Source: a virus (taxonomy: Duplodnaviria > Caudoviricetes). Taken from it: 64,000 nucleotides of DNA. Positions 46,629 through 55,599 of this stretch are shown one piece after another. The position numbers and the translations under genes were made by a program. The DNA lies in the IMG/VR virus record IMGVR_UViG_3300033069_001193, positions 21,783 through 85,782 of that record; one strand, given 5' to 3'. Positions within the stretch are counted from its first letter, which is position 1, and every line of letters starts with the position of its first letter. Below the pieces are notes generated by a model. That model did not search any database, was not told the origin of the DNA, and saw nothing but the letters and a program-made list of their open reading frames with translations.

Positions 46629-49600
46629 TCACTTGCCGCGTTCCATGAGCGGGAACTGAGGCTCGACATCACGAGAGATGGTGTCAGAGCCAGGCGGGTT
46701 GGTTCGCTGGGTGGCGAAGTTGAGGCGATCAGCGATGATCGAACTCTTGTTGAAGATGATCGCCTTCTCAACCTCACCCGCGCTCATCACCACCTGCATG
46801 TTGACGGTGATGACGACGTTCTTGCCAGTGTCGACAGTGTAGCTGGCCTTACCACCCAGGCCCACTGACTTGGCCACGCGTTCTAGGCGTGCCTTGATGT
46901 CGATCTTGTTGAGATTGCCGTCAGCCAAGGCCTTGTCGAGGTCGTTGGCCTGCTTGACCATGTCACTAACGGCCTGTAGGGCACCGACGATGCCGCTCTT
47001 GCCCTGTTCGTCACCTCTGATGACTGTCGACAATTCAGACATGTTGCGACTGAAACCCTTCAACGACGAAGTGCTGATCCCTTCACCGATCTGCTTTTGC
47101 AAGTTTCCCACTGCAGTGAAAGCTGCAGGGAGGATCTCCGTCAACCGATTGACAGCGCTCGAGTTGACGGTGGCCGCCTGCGTGCTGCCGGTGCTGAATG
47201 ACTCGGTGATCAGCCGACCGGCCTCCACCGAGGTCTTCAGGATCTCAGCAGCCACCTTCAACCTGTCCATCTGCTCTGGCGAGACGTCCTTCGTCTTCGA
47301 CAACACGTCAGACAGTACGCCAGTCGTCAGCGCGGGCAGCAGCTTGCCCAGTTGCTCGCCCATCACCTGAAATGATTTTGACAATTGATCAGCATCGATT
47401 TGTGTGACAGTTCTGGCGCCCAACTTCAACGGTCCGACGGCAATCAAGGCTGCCTCGGCAGTGGTAGAAAAAGCCTTAAGAGTATCACCTGAAGGGGTGA
47501 TGGCCTTCATCACGCCGCTGATGGCCGACAACAGACTGGCAACTGTCTCAGCCGCCTTGGTGTCGGGCAGCTTGATAGCGCCCAACTTGGTGATGATGTC
47601 GATGATGCCACCTTTACCCTGCTTGTCGCCCAGGATCATGGTCAGCATGCTGTCACGCAACAACGACATGTAGTATGCGACGTCGGTGGCCAAGTCAGCA
47701 AAGGGCTTGGGCCCGCCCAACTGCACCAGGAAGCTGCTGCCAGCCTCAAAGAAACTTGGGGGCGGAGTCATCGCCTGCATCACGGCAGCAATTGCCTGCA
47801 GGACGTTGGAAAAGACACTCGCCTTTTCAGCAAGCCCTGAGCCGATGCTGAGCTGCTTCAGCGAATCCATGACTGTCTCAACCAGGCCGATGATGCCCTT
47901 GCCCCCGCCTTTGGCACCCACCATCTCAGCGATCAGGTCACGGGCCGCATTGATCTTCTCCGAAAACTTTTCCTTCGTCCCGGCCAGCAGGTCGGTGAAC
48001 GAAGGCTGCATTAGGTGGATCACCTTGACGAGGGCGTCTGTGAACGACTGAATCGCCTTCATGATGTTGAGGAAGGCGTCGATCTTGTGCTGGAAGCTAG
48101 CATCGATCTTCAGGGTCGCCAAGACCTTGACGATACCCATGGCGATGCCTGCCATCTCACCGACAGCGATACCGATGATGCCGATGCCGACGGCTGCCAT
48201 CGCCAGGACCGCAGCCTGTGGACCGCTGGCAAGGGCACCGATCGCAATGGAAGCTGCAATCAACGGGATCATGGCCAGGAAGACGCCCGACATCTTCAAC
48301 ATCAGGGTGCCGACGGTGTTGAGTTCCGCGGGACTGCCCACCTTGGTCAACAGGTAGCTGATACCGGCACCCACAGCACCCACGATGGCGACAGCGGCCG
48401 TGACGATCAAACCGCCCACCAAGACGTCCTTCATGCTGCCGATCTTCGAGGCCAAACGCAGTGAGAATGCCAACGGAACAGCAGCAACCACCATGGCACC
48501 CAGGACGGCCATCGATGGAATGATGTCCTTTGCCTCCTTGACGCCTCCCGCATCAAGGATCTTTTTCATGGCGACGAACGCCAGTGCCATCTCGACGCCG
48601 CCTACCGCCAAAGCCGTGGCGATGGCGACAAGCTTCAGGCCCAGAGCGACAGCGTCCTTGACGCCCCAACCCTTGCCTTTGTCGACAGCATTGCTGGCTG
48701 CCTTGTTGACCTCACCCACCTTGTTGAGGTCAGCGGCCCCCGATGTTGGGACCTTGCGGGCAGCGTCAGCAGCATCAGCCGCCTTTCCCACCAGGTCGCC
48801 ATACGCCTTCTTGCCTGTTCCACCTGACAGGGCCGCGATAGCACCCTTGGCGATGCTGGTCGTCAAGGCAGCCACGATGGCTTGTGTAAAGGCAGGACCG
48901 AACAGAATCACGGCCAAGCCGCCTAAGGCAGGCTTCAACCTGCTCATGACGGCGTCACTCTTCAACAGCTCAACCAGTTTGTCGAACAGGGTCGACACTA
49001 GCTGCTTCAACGGATCCTTGAGGACGATCCAGGCGTGCTTCAAGGCCTCGCCCAACGGTTGGATGACCTTCAGGAGGAACCCGAGAGAACCTTGACCTGA
49101 GGACGCAGCACCTGATAGGTCGAGCCGCTTTTTACCTGTCAATAGGTCAACCATGAATGTAAGGCCTTCGGCCAGTCGGTCAGACATCCACTTGATGGTC
49201 TCGGCCACCGTCTTCAACATCATGCCGAAGAACGTCTTGAAGCCTTCCAAGATCTTCTTACCCGCAGTGCCCTCGCTGGTGAACATGTCGGTGACTGACT
49301 TCTTCAGACCCGCGAACAGCTTAGGGATGCTGCCTTTGTCCTCACTCTTTGGATCGAAGTACCTTCTGATGGCGTCGGAGATGTTTTGGAACATCTTGCC
49401 GAAGCTGTTCGGATTGAAGAAGTCACGCAGGCCTCCCAGCAGTTCGGCAAAGCCGGGAACGATCTTGACCAAGTCTCGGCCCAGCTTCATGCCGATCATG
49501 TACGTCCGGTGCAGGGCCTGTTGGATGTTGCGCATCAGGCCCAGGAACTCTCCTGACGACTGAATGCCGGCCTGGATGCCCGCGAACCACTGGTCCCAGA

Positions 49601-51041
49601 ACCCGCCCTTCATGCCCATCCCTGACATGACGATGCGCTCGATGGCGTCGGCCAACTTTGCCATCGCCTCTTCCTGCGTCATCGTCTTCTTGGCGGCCTT
49701 GTCTCCCACCTTCTGGACTTGGTCCAGATTAGTACTCTGCTTCTTCAGTGAGAACGCCGCCTGGATCGCTGAGTCAGATAGGCCGGTGTTTTGGGCGATC
49801 AACTTACGCTCGACAGCGGTGAACTTGGTCGCATCCACGCCGGCGTCCCGGAAGCTTCTCCGCAGGATTTCCACCGACTTGCCTACGTCGCCCTCGGCCG
49901 AGGCCTTCATCAGGGCGAAGGAGTCAATGTTGGCCCCGAAAGCCTGCGACAGGTTGGCAGCGCCCTCGGCGGCGTCATCGAACGACAGGTACTTGTCAAG
50001 GACGCCAGAGATGTCCTTCAGCTCCAGGCCGAACCGGTGCGCGAAGGTGACTGACTCGCTGAGGCTCTTGACAGTCGTAGTCCCGAAGCGACCAACGTCC
50101 TTCATGGCCTCCCCCACCTCGCGGGAGATGACCTTGGCGTCCAAGCCGAAGGCGTCTGCCAGTTCGTAGGAGTACTTGGTCATGTCCTTCAGCGTCTTGG
50201 AGGACTTGGTGCCCATCATGTCAGAGCGTTGGGAGACGGCCTTCATCTGCTCGGCCGTCAGGCCCAAGCCTTTGCGGTAGGCCAACACGGCGCCGCCATT
50301 GTCCTCGAACTCCTTGCGCAACAGGTTGAAGGACGCACCCATCTCAGTGGCCATCTCGCGCATGTAGTTGAGGCGCATGGCCATGTTGCCGAAGACGCGG
50401 AAGGCCGATAGGCCCGTGGCCTCAAAACCCTTCAGCGACTTAGAGGTACCAATGATAGCCTTGTTGGTGGGCGCGTAGAAGGCACCAAATTGCTTACGTA
50501 GGTCTTCCAGAGCCTGTGCCAGCTCAGTGCTCCCGTGGCCCGCGCGGGCGGCCATGTCGACCAGGCCTTGGAAGATCTTGAGCGGGATGGCGATGATGCT
50601 GGCCGTGATGTTGGCCAGGCCGTCGACCACGCCGCCCGCGAAGCCCGCGAAGCCCTTTCCCAAGGCGATCACATTTGAGACGCCCTGTCGCAGGCCCGTC
50701 ATGGCCGCCGTGGCGACGGCCACTGACTTTGGGAACCGGGAGGCGAACGACTTGCCTGACTCCTCCAGTTTCTTGTTGAGCGAACGGAACGTTGACTCTG
50801 AGATCCGCCCAGTCTCCTGCATCTGGTTGGCGGTCTCTTTCAGCGTCCGGTTGAGGACCTCAATGCCCTGGACAGCCCCTTGCGCGTTGATAGAGCTGAA
50901 TGCTGCAGCCAATTGCTGGACGGCTGCAATCTGGCTGTCATATGAGCTCTCGAGGCGCTCTGCAGCGGCAGCCATCCGCTCCATCTGGGCGGCGAGCTTG
51001 GCTGTCACGTTAAGCTGTTCAGACGGGTCCTGTGTCGCCAA
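46629..51041 (-). CDS. tail tape measure protein
   Basis: 1470 aa, Ala/Gly-rich helical with a central hydrophobic segment, downstream of the chaperones; TTG start with GGAG SD. Confidence 0.88.
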   Translation of the reverse strand: MATQDPSEQLNVTAKLAAQMERMAAAAERLESSYDSQIAAVQQLAAAFSSINAQGAVQGIEVLNRTLKETANQMQETGRISESTFRSLNKKLEESGKSFASRFPKSVAVATAAMTGLRQGVSNVIALGKGFAGFAGGVVDGLANITASIIAIPLKIFQGLVDMAARAGHGSTELAQALEDLRKQFGAFYAPTNKAIIGTSKSLKGFEATGLSAFRVFGNMAMRLNYMREMATEMGASFNLLRKEFEDNGGAVLAYRKGLGLTAEQMKAVSQRSDMMGTKSSKTLKDMTKYSYELADAFGLDAKVISREVGEAMKDVGRFGTTTVKSLSESVTFAHRFGLELKDISGVLDKYLSFDDAAEGAANLSQAFGANIDSFALMKASAEGDVGKSVEILRRSFRDAGVDATKFTAVERKLIAQNTGLSDSAIQAAFSLKKQSTNLDQVQKVGDKAAKKTMTQEEAMAKLADAIERIVMSGMGMKGGFWDQWFAGIQAGIQSSGEFLGLMRNIQQALHRTYMIGMKLGRDLVKIVPGFAELLGGLRDFFNPNSFGKMFQNISDAIRRYFDPKSEDKGSIPKLFAGLKKSVTDMFTSEGTAGKKILEGFKTFFGMMLKTVAETIKWMSDRLAEGLTFMVDLLTGKKRLDLSGAASSGQGSLGFLLKVIQPLGEALKHAWIVLKDPLKQLVSTLFDKLVELLKSDAVMSRLKPALGGLAVILFGPAFTQAIVAALTTSIAKGAIAALSGGTGKKAYGDLVGKAADAADAARKVPTSGAADLNKVGEVNKAASNAVDKGKGWGVKDAVALGLKLVAIATALAVGGVEMALAFVAMKKILDAGGVKEAKDIIPSMAVLGAMVVAAVPLAFSLRLASKIGSMKDVLVGGLIVTAAVAIVGAVGAGISYLLTKVGSPAELNTVGTLMLKMSGVFLAMIPLIAASIAIGALASGPQAAVLAMAAVGIGIIGIAVGEMAGIAMGIVKVLATLKIDASFQHKIDAFLNIMKAIQSFTDALVKVIHLMQPSFTDLLAGTKEKFSEKINAARDLIAEMVGAKGGGKGIIGLVETVMDSLKQLSIGSGLAEKASVFSNVLQAIAAVMQAMTPPPSFFEAGSSFLVQLGGPKPFADLATDVAYYMSLLRDSMLTMILGDKQGKGGIIDIITKLGAIKLPDTKAAETVASLLSAISGVMKAITPSGDTLKAFSTTAEAALIAVGPLKLGARTVTQIDADQLSKSFQVMGEQLGKLLPALTTGVLSDVLSKTKDVSPEQMDRLKVAAEILKTSVEAGRLITESFSTGSTQAATVNSSAVNRLTEILPAAFTAVGNLQKQIGEGISTSSLKGFSRNMSELSTVIRGDEQGKSGIVGALQAVSDMVKQANDLDKALADGNLNKIDIKARLERVAKSVGLGGKASYTVDTGKNVVITVNMQVVMSAGEVEKAIIFNKSSIIADRLNFATQRTNPPGSDTISRDVEPQFPLMERGK

Positions 51042-51065
51042 GATGTGTCTCCTGGCGATATGTAA

Positions 51066-51335
51066 TCACAACGGCCAGGGCACGCCCAAGATCCGCTCAA
51101 ACTCACGGGCTGAAGCGTGCTTCAGGCCCAGCTGCTGCATCACTGATTCTACGGTCGCGCCCGGACGGTTCAGCTCATCCTGGAAGCGCCGTGATGCCAT
51201 CATCGCCGAGGCAACAGCCTCGATCTCTTCCTGTGTGCCGCGGATCTTTAGGTTGGTGGTTCGACCGACAATGGCTGCGGCGATCGCAGCAAACAGCACC
51301 TTGCCAAGCAGATTGAGCCTCAATTCGTTGATCAT
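51066..51335 (-). CDS. hypothetical protein (tail operon)
   Basis: 89-aa ORF preceding the tape measure gene. Confidence 0.7.
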   Translation of the reverse strand: MINELRLNLLGKVLFAAIAAAIVGRTTNLKIRGTQEEIEAVASAMMASRRFQDELNRPGATVESVMQQLGLKHASAREFERILGVPWPL

Positions 51336-51360
51336 GTGTCACTCATCGTAAGTCAGTTGT

Positions 51361-52020
51361 TCACTTGACAAGTTTCCATGTCATAGTGATTTTGTTTCTC
51401 TCGGATTTTTGAGTAATCAGAATGTGTTTCCTTCCCGCTTGACGAACAAATGCATTGCCCCTGGGCCGTACGTCAACGGTATACTCGAGTTCATCCATGA
51501 GAACTGAACGCATTTCATTACTGATGAAACCGATGCCCTGGGGCGATTCTAGGGTCACGTAAATCACAGTTGACGCTGGTGTAACTCTGACTTTGACATC
51601 TGAAGAGATTAACCCGACAAATTCTTCGATAGCGTCGTAAATGGACACTACGTTGTTAGGCGTCTTGTCTTCGCTATGATCGAGTAGCTTCTCTTCGATC
51701 TTGTGTCTGACAACTGCCTCGAGCCTGTCCATCGGGTCAGAAATGTCTTGCCACAAGTCAGATCCCAAATAGTCCAGACCGGGCGGCGGAACATTACCTG
51801 AGAACAGCGACATTGCCCACCTTTCACATTCAGCGATGTTGTCATTGATGAACTCTACTGCGTATTCCTCAGCGATCTCCTCTTCAAGTGCATCACTAAT
51901 CAAAGATGAGTACTCTCGATTGATGAACTCGTCAGTCCACGACTCCAAAGTCGATAGAAAATCCGGCACATCATTCACAACCTCGATGATACGCTGAAGC
52001 TCACCAAGTCTGATCTTCAC
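51361..52020 (-). CDS. leader-bearing mosaic protein inserted in the tail operon
   Basis: (M)KIRLGELQRIIE leader; visibly AT-richer; halves resemble 54101-55351 and 53381-54073. Confidence 0.75.
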   Translation of the reverse strand: MKIRLGELQRIIEVVNDVPDFLSTLESWTDEFINREYSSLISDALEEEIAEEYAVEFINDNIAECERWAMSLFSGNVPPPGLDYLGSDLWQDISDPMDRLEAVVRHKIEEKLLDHSEDKTPNNVVSIYDAIEEFVGLISSDVKVRVTPASTVIYVTLESPQGIGFISNEMRSVLMDELEYTVDVRPRGNAFVRQAGRKHILITQKSERNKITMTWKLVK

Positions 52021-52025
52021 GTCAG

Positions 52026-52032
52026 TAACTAT
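52026..52032 (-). promoter_or_regulatory. putative late promoter ATAGTTA
   Basis: 5 nt upstream of the GTG at 52020; enclosed by the TTCACGT/ACGTGAA inverted repeat. Confidence 0.6.
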
Positions 52033-52036
52033 GCAG

Positions 52037-52315
52037 TCACGTGAACCGACGGAGGCGAGAGGGCGTCTGAGGGCGAGTCATTCCCTGCATTTGCCTGACC
52101 TCTGGTGTGTTGGCGTGCAGGGCTCGGTTGGCCGATGCCTGGTTCGGATCGTCCTTGCCTTTGTTGAGCTCCTTGACTAGGCGATCAATGAACCAGCGTT
52201 TGTAGGGCACTGGCAGGGAGTAGGTCTCGCGGTACGTGAAGCCAGCGTAGTACATCAGTAGGAACGCCGGCTCCAGGATCAGCTGCTCCTTGTCACTGGG
52301 CTGAAGGCCAAAGAA
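52037..52315 (-). CDS. tail assembly chaperone, frameshifted (GT-like) C-terminal part
   Basis: +1 frame overlapping the end of 52293-53168: FFGLQPSDKEQLILEPAFLLMYYAGFTYRETYSLPVPYKRWFIDRL; alternative independent ATG at 52255. Confidence 0.65.
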   Translation of the reverse strand, partial: FFGLQPSDKEQLILEPAFLLMYYAGFTYRETYSLPVPYKRWFIDRLVKELNKGKDDPNQASANRALHANTPEVRQMQGMTRPQTPSRLRRFT

Positions 52316-53168
52316 ACGAGACACCGATGGGCATGACGACCTCCTCGGCGTGCCCACATGCCGGACAAGTGACCTCTTGCTTCATCACCATGCCAGGTTC
52401 GTTGGTACGCACGTACTCACGCAAGGCCTTGGCGTCCATCGCCGGCATCATCTTGACGAAGTTGGCCAGCTTGCCTCTGTCACTGACACCGTCGACCGAG
52501 ACAATGCTGTACAACAGGTTGGTCGTCACGTTGGACTCGCCTTGCATCAGGCCCAGCTTCTTCTGTCGGTCAGCCGACGCCAGGATCTCTTCCTCATCCC
52601 GGCCCGTCAAGAATCTGAACTTGACTGCCTTCTTGGTGCGAGGCAGGACGAAATCAAAGAGGTTGGTGCCCTCCTCCACGGGAGAGATCTCCAGGCGCTT
52701 GATCGGCAGAGCGCCCAGGTCGAAGGTACGGGGCGCCTTCGTCTGGCATTCATTGCACTCGAGCTCCACGTCGTACTCGGCACCGTAGCCCGTGATCCGA
52801 ATCGCGACCATCAGAGCGTTGCGGTCGCCCGTCAGCAGGTCGACTGGGTTGATGGTCTTGTCGATCAGACAAGACCTGATCAGTTCAGTGATGACCGTGC
52901 CCTTCTTCAACAGCGCCCGGCTCGTCAGGATGTCCTCCTCGCGCGCTGTCATCGATCGGATCTCGACGGTCTCGCGGGCGTGAAGGGCCTCCATCGTCTT
53001 CGGGTAGACCTTGCCTGCTGAAGGCAACGGGACAGTCTCGACAGGGATCTCTAGGCCGAAGTCTCCCTTGGCCTGGGCGGCCGCCGTCGTCGTCTGGATG
53101 CGGGGATCCACGCCCACCGGCGGTGCTCCGCCGAAGACCTGGTTGCGCTGCTCGCGTTCGTCTGACAT
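52293..53168 (-). CDS. tail assembly chaperone (T4 gp26-like)
   Basis: VPLPSAGKVYP, EIRSMTAREEDILTS, two CxxC pairs, C-terminal FLWP; located between tube and tape measure. Confidence 0.78.
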   Translation of the reverse strand: MSDEREQRNQVFGGAPPVGVDPRIQTTTAAAQAKGDFGLEIPVETVPLPSAGKVYPKTMEALHARETVEIRSMTAREEDILTSRALLKKGTVITELIRSCLIDKTINPVDLLTGDRNALMVAIRITGYGAEYDVELECNECQTKAPRTFDLGALPIKRLEISPVEEGTNLFDFVLPRTKKAVKFRFLTGRDEEEILASADRQKKLGLMQGESNVTTNLLYSIVSVDGVSDRGKLANFVKMMPAMDAKALREYVRTNEPGMVMKQEVTCPACGHAEEVVMPIGVSFLWPSAQ

Positions 53169-53171
53169 GTG

Positions 53172-53216
53172 TTACGCTCTCCGGAGCTCAAAGTAAGTCT
53201 TTGCTCCGAAGCGTAA
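53172..53216 (-). promoter_or_regulatory. hairpin sequestering the chaperone SD, with AGACTTA at its loop
   Basis: TTACGC/GCGTAA, CGGAGC/GCTCCG and AAAG/CTTT stems; loop ACTTA. Confidence 0.5.
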
Positions 53217-53380
53217 ATGTCTTCAACGACGTGTCCACGCCCCACATTAGAGCAGGGCAGAAAACTGTTCGTGCGCTACTAGGTAACCACCGTTCACTGA
53301 CTTGCGATTATTCCTGGGCCAGGCGATGAAGGCCATTGAGCTGTCGGTGAGCAGTGAACGTGCCCACGAGAAATGTGGGC

Positions 53381-54073
53381 TCAGAACATGTAGTTGTGCC
53401 ACTCTCCGAGTGACTCATCCCACATGTCGCCGCTTTCATCGTCGACTGCGAGGCCGCTGAACATGACGACACTCTGACCGTCGTGCTCGATAGCCATCTT
53501 CTCCCAGTCTTTCTTCAGCCAGCTTCGAAGTTCAACCTCGTTGGTGTCGTTTGGACTCGACAACGTCCAAAAGACCCTGTCGGCGAACTCATCCTCGTCC
53601 ACGTCACGCAGGATCTGAACAGCAACGGGAGAGATGGCTTTCGCCTCAGCCGCGTCGATCTCAACCGGTGCGCTGCCAGGACTATCATCCATGAACTCGA
53701 TGTTCATCTCGTAAGTGTCCGCATTAGCGTCGGTGATTCCACCCGCGATGGTCACCGTGGTGTTCCCGCGGCGATACAGGCCGTCTTCATAGTTGTACCC
53801 CAACTCATCAACCAACGTGTAGCTCACCTCGTCGGCAAGCAGGTCCCTGGCACCTCTCGAGGCACTTTCGCCAGGCATCGACAAGTTGATAGTGATATCG
53901 TCCTGTTGTTTGACGACGACGTAAGGTCCTAGCATCGACACGAACTCATCGAGCGCGTCTTCGACGTCCATCTGCTGCGGGTTTTTGCGCAGTTCTCGGC
54001 GGCGCGCCTGATCGTCGGTCATTGCTTCGGCAAGCATGCGACGCAACCGCCCGAATGTCAATCTGATGATCAT
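53381..54073 (-). CDS. leader-bearing acidic protein inserted in the tail operon
   Basis: MIIRLTFGRLRRMLAE leader; variant ATACGTA element 9 nt upstream. Confidence 0.75.
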   Translation of the reverse strand: MIIRLTFGRLRRMLAEAMTDDQARRRELRKNPQQMDVEDALDEFVSMLGPYVVVKQQDDITINLSMPGESASRGARDLLADEVSYTLVDELGYNYEDGLYRRGNTTVTIAGGITDANADTYEMNIEFMDDSPGSAPVEIDAAEAKAISPVAVQILRDVDEDEFADRVFWTLSSPNDTNEVELRSWLKKDWEKMAIEHDGQSVVMFSGLAVDDESGDMWDESLGEWHNYMF

Positions 54074-54100
54074 GCCAGCGCCTACGTATTACTTGCTGCG

Positions 54101-55351
54101 TCAGCTTGGTGCCGTACCGTCAACAGACGTCTCACCTTTGGCCGGCTCATCTCCCAACCGGCCGCGGACGCGCTCGCCGATAGCCCGACCCTTGTCAGTC
54201 ACATCATACAAAGCAGCATTGCGCGTACCAGGTGCAATGCCGACATTATCGATGGTGTCACCGACCATGCCTGCTTGGCTGAAGTAGGTGACGTTCGAGC
54301 CTTGCTTGTACGGCTTGTCTTCTAGGAACGCGACGACCTTCAACACGTCGTCTTTTCTCATGGGACCACGAACGCTCAAGACATAGCAGATCAAATCAGA
54401 CTTCGTGAAGCCGCTGATGTCGACCACCGCACGTTCAGGAGCTCGCTCAATGATCTCTACCGCGTGAAACGTTTCGACCCTGTCTTGGATTGCTGCCTCA
54501 AAGTCAGGATCATTGAGCATGCGCTCGATGATCGCGCTCATCCGCTTGTCATTGCGGTAGAGCCCCCGGTTGCCCCGGGCCCAAGATCCGACGTCCACCT
54601 CATCGCGCCACTTCTCAGAAAAGTCGAACTCGTCATGCTCTTGGAGCTCGTGATGAAAGTACAAGTACGACGGGGCAATGACAGGTTCCGTGAAGACGAC
54701 CTTTCCACGTAGGACACCTTTGACAGTCCCGGTCACCATGTTAGGAATGCCCTTCAGGACAGAAACTGTCGCACCCATGACGCTCTTCACGGGAGAGAAC
54801 TGAATGACATCACCTTTCTTGATGTCACGCCAGACTTTGTCGAATTCCTCACCAACTCGGTTGTTGAAGTCCTTCATGTCTGCAACGTCGTCCCAATCAT
54901 CCAAATGGTTATAATCCGGCGGCGTCCAGTTCTTGTGCTTCTTACGCATGACCATGACATTGGGATCAAGTGCGTTCACGCCTGTCTGTTCGTACTGCAC
55001 AATTGCATTGAAGAACTCGTATCGTGCGACGGCCAACAATCGCTCGAGCGGATCATGGTCCGGCCACGTGTCTTTGAAGTTCTTCAACGCTGCAGGTGGT
55101 TGCTCGCCCGAGAAGGCAATCTTTGCCCATTCAGAACACTCATCCCAGTAATCACTGACGAACTGTTCTGCGTTTGATTCAGCCAGCTCGTCGGCGGATG
55201 CATGCGATTCGTACCTGTAGTCGCGATCAATGTACCGCACGATGGCATTCCTCACCACGGCGAGGAATTCGTCGACTGCATGCTTAGGATTAGGCTTTCC
55301 GCCGGCCTCAGTGAGGAGACGACGCAAGTGACCGAGCGTCATTTGAATCAT
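54101..55351 (-). CDS. leader-bearing multidomain protein, possible C-terminal winged helix
   Basis: MIQMTLGHLRRLLTE leader; C-terminal LYDVTDKGR wing-like motif. Confidence 0.75.
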   Translation of the reverse strand: MIQMTLGHLRRLLTEAGGKPNPKHAVDEFLAVVRNAIVRYIDRDYRYESHASADELAESNAEQFVSDYWDECSEWAKIAFSGEQPPAALKNFKDTWPDHDPLERLLAVARYEFFNAIVQYEQTGVNALDPNVMVMRKKHKNWTPPDYNHLDDWDDVADMKDFNNRVGEEFDKVWRDIKKGDVIQFSPVKSVMGATVSVLKGIPNMVTGTVKGVLRGKVVFTEPVIAPSYLYFHHELQEHDEFDFSEKWRDEVDVGSWARGNRGLYRNDKRMSAIIERMLNDPDFEAAIQDRVETFHAVEIIERAPERAVVDISGFTKSDLICYVLSVRGPMRKDDVLKVVAFLEDKPYKQGSNVTYFSQAGMVGDTIDNVGIAPGTRNAALYDVTDKGRAIGERVRGRLGDEPAKGETSVDGTAPS

Positions 55352-55356
55352 ACGTC

Positions 55357-55363
55357 TAACTAT
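55357..55363 (-). promoter_or_regulatory. putative late promoter ATAGTTA
   Basis: 5 nt upstream of the ATG at 55351; within the 10-bp TTGAATCATA/TATGATTCAA inverted repeat. Confidence 0.62.
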
Positions 55364-55599
55364 GATTCAAAGAGCACACGCATCGTCCTCAGGGCCCGTC
55401 CTGCGTTCTTGCCGTGCCAACTCAACACCATGCCGTCAGTGACGTTGACAGGCGTCTCGTTCTTGGCCAAGAAGGCCGCCAGCTCCTTGCCACTGGCCTC
55501 GACTGAGATCAACCTGCCTTCCACCCTTGGGAACTGCTGCCCGATCGAGAAGCTGAGTGCAACGTCCTGTCTGTTGATGTTGATGTAGATTCGGATCAC
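55360..55599 (-). CDS. hypothetical protein
   Basis: 79-aa ORF overlapping the HNH stop. Confidence 0.6.
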   Translation of the reverse strand: MIRIYININRQDVALSFSIGQQFPRVEGRLISVEASGKELAAFLAKNETPVNVTDGMVLSWHGKNAGRALRTMRVLFES

